64,000 nucleotides of DNA, taken from contig NW_021833279.1 in the NCBI RefSeq assembly GCF_006345805.1, forward strand, positions 1-64,000. The letters are read 5' to 3'. The DNA is from Octopus sinensis. Its lineage: Eukaryota. Below are positions 56,552 through 64,000 of the stretch, piece after piece. The position numbers and the translations under genes were made by a program. The notes beneath the pieces were generated by a model. That model did not search any database. It saw only the letters and a list, made by a program, of their open reading frames with translations, and was not told the origin of the DNA. The stretch's first letter is position 1. Every line of letters begins with the position of its first letter.

Positions 56552-57942
56552 GTTAGTATACTTTATATTTCTCAACTCTCATTCTTTTTTTGTCTTTCTC
56601 TTGTTCTCTTTTTATACCTCTCATTCTCTCTTTTTGTTGCCTCCCTTTCTCTCTCACCCTCTCTCTCACGCACATGCACACACACTCACCCTTTGTCGGG
56701 TTGTTTGACATATACATTCTCAAATCCTCTTATGGTATGTCACGTTTCAAACGTCTATACCTGTAGACTATACAGACACTACACAAAACTGCTTACTCCT
56801 TTGTAGGTATTTGGTCAAATCAGAATATTATATGTTGTCTACTACGGAACAAGTGAAAAGGAGGTTGTCTAACCACAGAATATAGATATCTCTACGTTAA
56901 ATTAGAGACAGGGGCTGGACTGAAAACCACCATGGCGATCAAGAATTTCAGGCTGACCAGCTTTGGATTGTAGATATCAAATACCGAGGCTGCTAACTGG
57001 TGATCAATTGTACTGGCTACGGATGGTGGTACTGTACGTGAGTGACCAGAGCTGAATAGTGGCCACTTGGCTATCATTAACTAGAGTGCCCAGTGATCGT
57101 AGGTGTGGGCTAAATTGAAAAGAGTCTTTTAGAATTGATGACAGTGACTGTAAATGGTTATTGGAATGAACGCACAATGTAGAATGAGGACTGGACAAGC
57201 CACATATTGTAACTGATGGAAAAAGCTAAGGACTGTATTCATTAAGTAAAATAGAGAGAGACTAAATATTAGTGAGAGAACAGAGTACAGAATGCACTTC
57301 TATTCTTCCGCCTCACCGAAATCATCCTATCGCTAAAACCTTGTTCTTTTCATGCACCACATCACCTCATTAATTATCCAGTATATCTTTGTAAGGTAAT
57401 TCCGAAACTTCCAATTCAAACTGATGCTACAAACCCCGCTTCGGCAATGAACCTCACATTTCCTAAAAATGTTCTGAATCTGCTCTCTATAAACCCTACA
57501 ATATCCTTTATCGGTAGCCCACTCCGCCGTCCATTCATCTTAAGCACAACGCCATCACTGAATCTTATAATTTTTCCTCCCACCTCGTTTCTGCGTATTG
57601 CATGAAAAAAGTCTGTGTGATCATAACGTCTATGTAAGCCTGCATCTCGTCGTCTCCCCTAGTGTCCTACTCAAACCACCAACAATTTCCACCACCCAAA
57701 ATATCCCCGTTCACACGTGAACATCTTTTCATTTCGGATAAACACGTGTGCATGCGTTAAAAAATCTTCTTTTTCTCCATCTGGTGACACCCACCGAAAA
57801 ACACCTACCCCATGCATACACATAATCCACGTCGTAACCACAAATAGGTACCCGTATACACAAAACATATATATATATATAAATGGAGTTGTATGAAACA
57901 ATCGTACCGCATTATCTCTAGATATCCTTGTTGCTTATTACG

Positions 57943-57991
<49 letters not shown>

Positions 57992-58197
57992 ATGAGAAGG
58001 CAAATGCACAGCTACGATCTCATACATACCTCAACACACAGCTTGCACTCACATAAACACTAACATATACACCACAATTCCTTCACACGCGAGTAAACAT
58101 GACTCCTTTAAATGAAAAATTGTAATGAATGTTTCCGTTATTTCATATATAAGTTTGCTTAACATCTTTTTACTTGATATATTCTTACCAATTGTAG

Positions 58198-58700
58198 GTG
58201 TGGTTGGTGGACAAAAGTATGACCAGACAGGTGGCGGAAGTAATAATCTCTTATGCCTACCTAACGATCCCATTTGGGCCAATTATACGACAGAAGATGA
58301 AAAAGGTGGTCACATTTATGGCAGTGAATATCAACTGGAATCCTACCCAACTAATAAAATCTTTTCTTTTGCTCACGCTGAATCAATTCATCAACACAAC
58401 GTTCCGTGCGCTGTCTGTTTGACACGACAACCTGCTGTTGTTATGATGTTACCAGCCAGGACAAAGTGTTACGACGGTTGGACAGCTGAGTATTCAGGAT
58501 ATGTGATGACCGAGCGTCATAGTCATAAGGGCAGACATGAATATGTGTGTGTGGACTATGCACCAGAAGCTGATCCAGCAGGTTACAGAGACGAAAATGG
58601 AGTTTTATTATATTTTGTTCAGGCTGCTTGTGGTTCATTGCCATGTCCACCGTATGTCAATGGTCGAGAATTAACCTGCGTTGTGTGCAGTCAATATTGA
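58198..58700 (+). CDS. Copy 5 exon 4, short-chain collagen C4-like domain, fully open
   Basis: 503 nt (one extra Asn codon), VVGGQKYDQTGGGSNNLLCLP...RELTCVVCSQY*. Confidence 0.9.
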
Positions 58701-60380
58701 ATCGAATTTACATTCGTTCTATATGAAAATTTATGTCGGCGAATCATAAATTATAATATAATAAAGCAACATATACGTTTCTTGTAATTGTGTTTCGCAA
58801 TATTTTATCCAAGTAATATATGTCGTTAAATAAATTGCTGCTACAAGTTTTCAGAAAATATTCAAAACGAAACAACAGAGACGTCATAGAATGTGACAAA
58901 TAGCTTAACAGAACGATATAATCCTCGGGGAATGATTCTAGAATACTTTGTATGAGGTTCAGTTTATCAAATTTAAATGTTGAAATAAAATGATGATTCG
59001 TTTAAATGTGTGTTGTATTCCGTCTTAAAATGAAACCAATCCCCAAAAGAAGCACCTCCGTACAAATATATCACCTTTCATGATCAATCTTCAGAAAACA
59101 CGATAAAAGCTAATAACTAACGTCACTAAATCATGAGTTTATAAAAAAAATACTCCCATACGTATCATTGTAACTACAATCGATGCGATGAAAGCTCTGC
59201 AATCCAATGGCGGATTACCTAATAAAGGATATTTGATATCCACTGAAGAAATACCACAAAATGTTGACTACCTAACTACTTGTCAGGTTACTAAAACATT
59301 GAAGTTTTCAAGAAACACTTTCGACAAGGGTACAAGTACACGTCCCACGATGAACTATTTTCAACCTACATTCACATATTCCCGCTTTTCTACAAAAATC
59401 ACACACACAGCCTAGCGTCACATTACACACGCAGCCTCTCATCGTTCCCTGAACACTGATGTGCCAAAATAAAACATGAAACCACCAAGAAATATGAGTA
59501 CACCTCAGGAACAGCATCAACCGAATCTACAGCAACACCACAAAACATCAAGTTCAACAAATTATCTCCGTCTGTAACATAAAACTATCAAACTCGCAGA
59601 AGAGGAACTTGCTTCGAGATACATGCATACAATAACTGTAACACACATAAATGACTTAGTAAGGAAAGGAACACCACTTATAAAATATGCATTAGGTGGA
59701 ATCAGTGCAACATGGTGAGTCTTTCACACTATACCCAGCATGATTGCTCCTTGTATGTGGGAGTTTGTAGAATGGCTGCCAGATAAACGAAGGTCCGTGG
59801 AAAGAGGGATCTGTGGGTGGCAGCACGTTTTTTGTCCGATTAATTGCGTGCCATAAGAATGCTCGATTGTGAAAAAGCTAGAGAAAAAGAATAATAATTA
59901 AGTAATATGAAAGCACGAAATGCAAATTGACAAATGAATATATGGAAAACATTCAACATGGCGTCCCCAGTGAACAGTATTAGCGCTCAGTATTAGGCAT
60001 AAGCAATTTTTAGGTTCGTTAAAATGTGATAATGGCATAATTCAAACTCTAAAGGCAAATTCAGTGCAAAAAGTTGCAAAAACAGCATGTCAGTCCAGTG
60101 CTGCTCCCTATCGGGTTCCAGTTCAGCCGTTATCAAAATAAAATACCGAAGTGGGGAATATCTGGACAAACTTAAAGCCATAGCTTTAACTTAAACATAG
60201 TCAACAACAACGAGTAAGTGACGCCATTAGAGCGCCAGGCTGGAGTCTGTCGTGAGTTACCTCCCTTCGGTATTTCTGTTTGATAAATACTTCGCTAGAG
60301 GAGTTGACCTCAACCTTGTGCCCCCACAGTAACTGCGGTCGCTCGTACGAGCCTGCATTTTCCCCGCATTTTTGTGTGTA

Positions 60381-60447
<67 letters not shown>

Positions 60448-61546
60448 ATGTGTCCGTGTGTGTGTATGTGTGTGTGTGCCTCAGCGTGTGTGTGTGTCAG
60501 TGTGTGTGAGTCACGGTGTGTGGGTCAGTGTGTGTCTTTGTGTGTGTCAGTGTGTGTGTGTGTGTGTATCAGTGTGTATGTGTGTGTGTGCGTCAGTGTA
60601 TGTGTGTGTGTGTGAATGTGTGTGTGTGAATGTGTGTGTGTGTGTTAATGTGTGTATGTGTGTATGAGTATGTCAGTGTGTGTGTGTGTGTGTGTCTCAG
60701 TGTGCGTGTGTGTATGTCAGTGTTTGTATGTGTGTCAGTGTGTGTGTGCGTGTGTGTGTGTCAGTGTGTGTGTGTATGTGTCAGTGTGTGTGTGTGTGTA
60801 TGTCAGTGTGTGTGTGTGTCAGTGTATGTGTGTGTATGTCAGTGTGTGTGTGTCAGTGTGTGTGAGAGTGTGTGTGTGTGTGTGTGTCAGTGTGTATGTG
60901 TGTTTGTATTTGTGTGTGTGTCGGTGTGTGTGTGTCAGTGTGTGTCTGTGTATGTATGTCAGTGTGTGCGTGTGTATGTCTGTCTGTGTGTGTGTGTGTG
61001 TGTCAGTGTGTGAGTGTGTGTGTGTGTCAGTGTGTGTGTGTGTGTGTTTGTGTGTGTGTATGTATTGTGTGCGTGTGCGTGTGGGAGTGTGTGTGTGTGT
61101 GTGTGTGTGTGTGTCTTTGTGTCTGTGTATTCATTGGTTGAACGAAATACTTCCCACACTGAATATTAAAACAGTTTCCCAAGAATAACAAATAAGATTA
61201 AATAACAACATTAGTAAATAAATATATCATAATATATCCAGAAACAGGAATCATTTCACCTTAAACGTGTCTCTCATTCATCAAAATATTTTGCTAATTA
61301 TTGTGTGACTATATCAAACCATCTCTTTCCAATAATTAAACCTGTCAGACAAGTTCACACCCGCTTTTACAGTTCCACCAATCGCATTGGTTCATAAATT
61401 TACGATAAGATCTATGCCAGAGCTGGGTTGTTGTGCGCTCAATAAATACGTGGAATTCAGTTACAGGTCTTCAGCTTAAACCTCGCATCTCGATCTTTTG
61501 TTGAAGCCACACGAAGTATCACTTACAACCGACAACTGTCACCAGA

Positions 61547-61692
61547 ATGGATTTCGCAAAACAGTTCAGGAATATTTCGCAGCGTTATTCCATTTCTTCT
61601 CTCATAGCTTTTGGGTTCTTCTCGTTCTGACGATCGTGATTCTTCATCAAGATTCAAGAATAAGAGGAAAAATGGAAGAGAAATCGAAAACG
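61547..61692 (+). CDS. Copy 6 exon 1
   Basis: ATG to ACG|GTAAGA; one G lost from GGGG and a 3 nt insertion; the rest of the gene lies beyond the window. Confidence 0.75.
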
Positions 61693-62756
61693 GTAAGACA
61701 TGGATTTTTTGTTAATATATGTATGTGTTTATGTATTTATATATGCATGTATGTATGTATGCATTTACGTATGTATGTATTAATATGTGGATGCATGTAT
61801 GTATGTATGTATGCCTCAACGTATGTATGTATGAATATATGGATGTATGTACGTACGGATGGATAGATGGATGTAAGGATGTATGCCTGAATCACGTACA
61901 TATGTTCCTATAGAGCGCACACACACACACATAAGATCACACACGAACACACAGGCGCACACACCTAAACATACATATATATACATGTACATATTTGTAT
62001 ATATAATATACATATATATGTATATATAATATACATATATATGAATATAATAGTGCGTGAACATATATAGATATATATACATACAAACAAATATATGCGT
62101 GTGCGTATCTATCTCTCCTTCTCTCTATTTATCTATAGATACGTATATATGTATGTGTGTGTGTGTGGTGTGTGTGTGGTGTGTGTGTGTGGTGTGTTGT
62201 TGTATATAAATACATTCTTTTACCCGTTTCAGTAATTTGACTGCGGCCATGCTAGAGCACTGCGTTTAGTAGGACAAATCGACTTTGGCAATTATTCTTT
62301 GTAAGCCTAGTGCTCATTCTATCGATATCTCTAGCCGAACCGCTATGTAACGGGGACGTAAACACACCGATATCAGTTGAGAAGCGATAGTGGTGCGACA
62401 ATCACAGACACATACATAATACATATATACATACATACATACACATCCGTGTGTTTGTGTGTGTGTGTGTGTGTGTGTTTAGCACCCTTATTTCAGTCTC
62501 AATCTACCAAATCTACTGACATGGCTCTGGTCAGCTCGAGGTTATAGTGGTAGGCATTCGTCCAATTTTCTACGCAGTGGGAATGAACAGAATACCTTGT
62601 GGTAAGAAGCAAGTGTTTTCCCACACAGACACTGTAATATATATATATACATATATACAGAAAATGTGTAAATATAATTAATTTAATAAAATCAATAAAA
62701 TTTCACCTAGTAGTATTTCGGTATGGAAAAGGACCATATACGGTAAAAATTTAAAC

Positions 62757-62938
62757 AATTATAATGAGGGTTTTTGCAACAATTTGATTAAACAACATAC
62801 CGAACATATTAGAAATAGCAGTCAAAGGGCTACCATTCTACCATTGCTGTAATAGAAATGGTAGGCCTTTGACTTCTTTTTCTAACATTTTCGGTATGTG
62901 GTTTAAGCAACTTATTGCCAAAAACCCTTATTATAATT
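62757..62938. repeat. Imperfect hairpin (~84 bp arms, 12 nt loop) inside a ~290 bp insertion specific to copy 6
   Basis: …gtcaaagggctaccattcta | ccattgctgtaa | tagaaatggtaggcctttgac…; absent at the same site in copy 5 (~50410). Confidence 0.75.
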
Positions 62939-62951
62939 ATATAATATATAT

Positions 62952-63007
<56 letters not shown>

Positions 63008-63199
63008 CATACATATATCACCGCTCGGTCTGGGAATCGAAAGCGCGATCCTACGACCATTGGGCCATTGTACCTCCCACACAACACATATATATATATA
63101 TATATACATAAATAAATATATATATACATACACACATATATACTTACGAATGTATATACATACATATCTATCTATCATCTATCTATCTAAATATCTATT

Positions 63200-63230
<31 letters not shown>

Positions 63231-63238
63231 CTCTCGTG

Positions 63239-63272
<34 letters not shown>

Positions 63273-64000
63273 TTGTTTATGTATATGTATATATATGTAT
63301 ATATGTATGTATATACATATACACACATCCCAAGGAAACACAGAGAAGAGTGGAATTGTACTCCTGTCCGATCGCTCTTTCACCAGACATAATCCTGGAG
63401 AGGGAAATAAGTGCGTAATGAAAAAAATCTAATGGTGGGGTTCTAGCATGGCCATGCCCTGTCGCTGCAACTTTTAGCCCTATTAATATTAGTGTTAAGT
63501 ATTATATCTAGATGTACACTTACACACACGCACAGAAACAGACACATGCAAACACACACACACGCACACATAGGAATACGTACATATTTACACACATTTA
63601 TCTATTTCTCTCCATCAGGAACGGAAGTGAGGCGAGTTTTTTTGAATCTTTTCTTTCCAACTGAAAATAAAACGTGCGAGTGCCAATGTAGATCGGTGAA
63701 TTTCGTAATGTTTGACTGTAATTCACGTTGGTTTTTATATATGACAATATGTAAGAACGAATGTAAATACATACACACAGACACACGGACAAACACACGC
63801 ACAAATAAACACAGACACACACACACGACGCACGCACACAGACGCATGTGCTCAATTGTACACGAACAATCACACTATACAGTGTATGTCCACTCACATA
63901 TATGTGTGCGTTTGTGTGTGTGTATGCGTATAAGTAGATACGTATATTTGTGATATTTATGGTGTGTATGCTTCAGTGTACGTGCATACGTATATATCGA

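Noticed and set aside
58125-58197. ORF 58125-58700 with a signal-peptide-like leader (MNVSVISYISLLNIFLLDIFLPIVG) fused to exon 4
   Set aside because: The leader is the intron 3 polypyrimidine tract. It is in frame only in copy 5 (shorter T-run), hits stops in copies 1-3, and would omit the YTRWGRTTC part of the domain.

Overview
Eukaryotic, microsatellite-rich DNA, most likely from an octopus (inferred from tRNA-derived SINEs I recognise from octopus genomes and from dense CA/GT, AT, ATCT and TATG runs). The window is a head-to-tail tandem array of ~11.4-12.8 kb units. Each unit carries a 4-exon + strand gene whose cross-copy consensus (144+52+75+500 nt, intron phases 0/1/1, ~256 aa) encodes an N-terminal hydrophobic anchor, a short charged stalk and a cysteine-rich spongin short-chain-collagen-related ('short-chain collagen C4-like') NC1-type domain, with no Gly-X-Y collagen repeats. 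Six copies are touched. Copy 1 lacks exon 1 only because of the window edge, copy 2 has lost exon 2, copy 3 is a chimera with an older paralog and has an in-frame stop, copy 4 has lost its promoter and exon 1, copy 5 is complete, and copy 6 shows exon 1 only. Amino-acid differences between copies cluster in a few short loops of the NC1-like domain. The introns carry an ancestral RTE-clade LINE remnant, a Helitron remnant and SINEs. Copy-specific insertions include two mariner elements with visible empty sites and a 900-bp-arm inverted Penelope-like element carrying a hammerhead ribozyme. Scattered, copy-private 1-2 bp indels suggest an unpolished long-read consensus, so most frameshifts are probably artefacts. 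I found no rRNA, genuine tRNA or CRISPR array.
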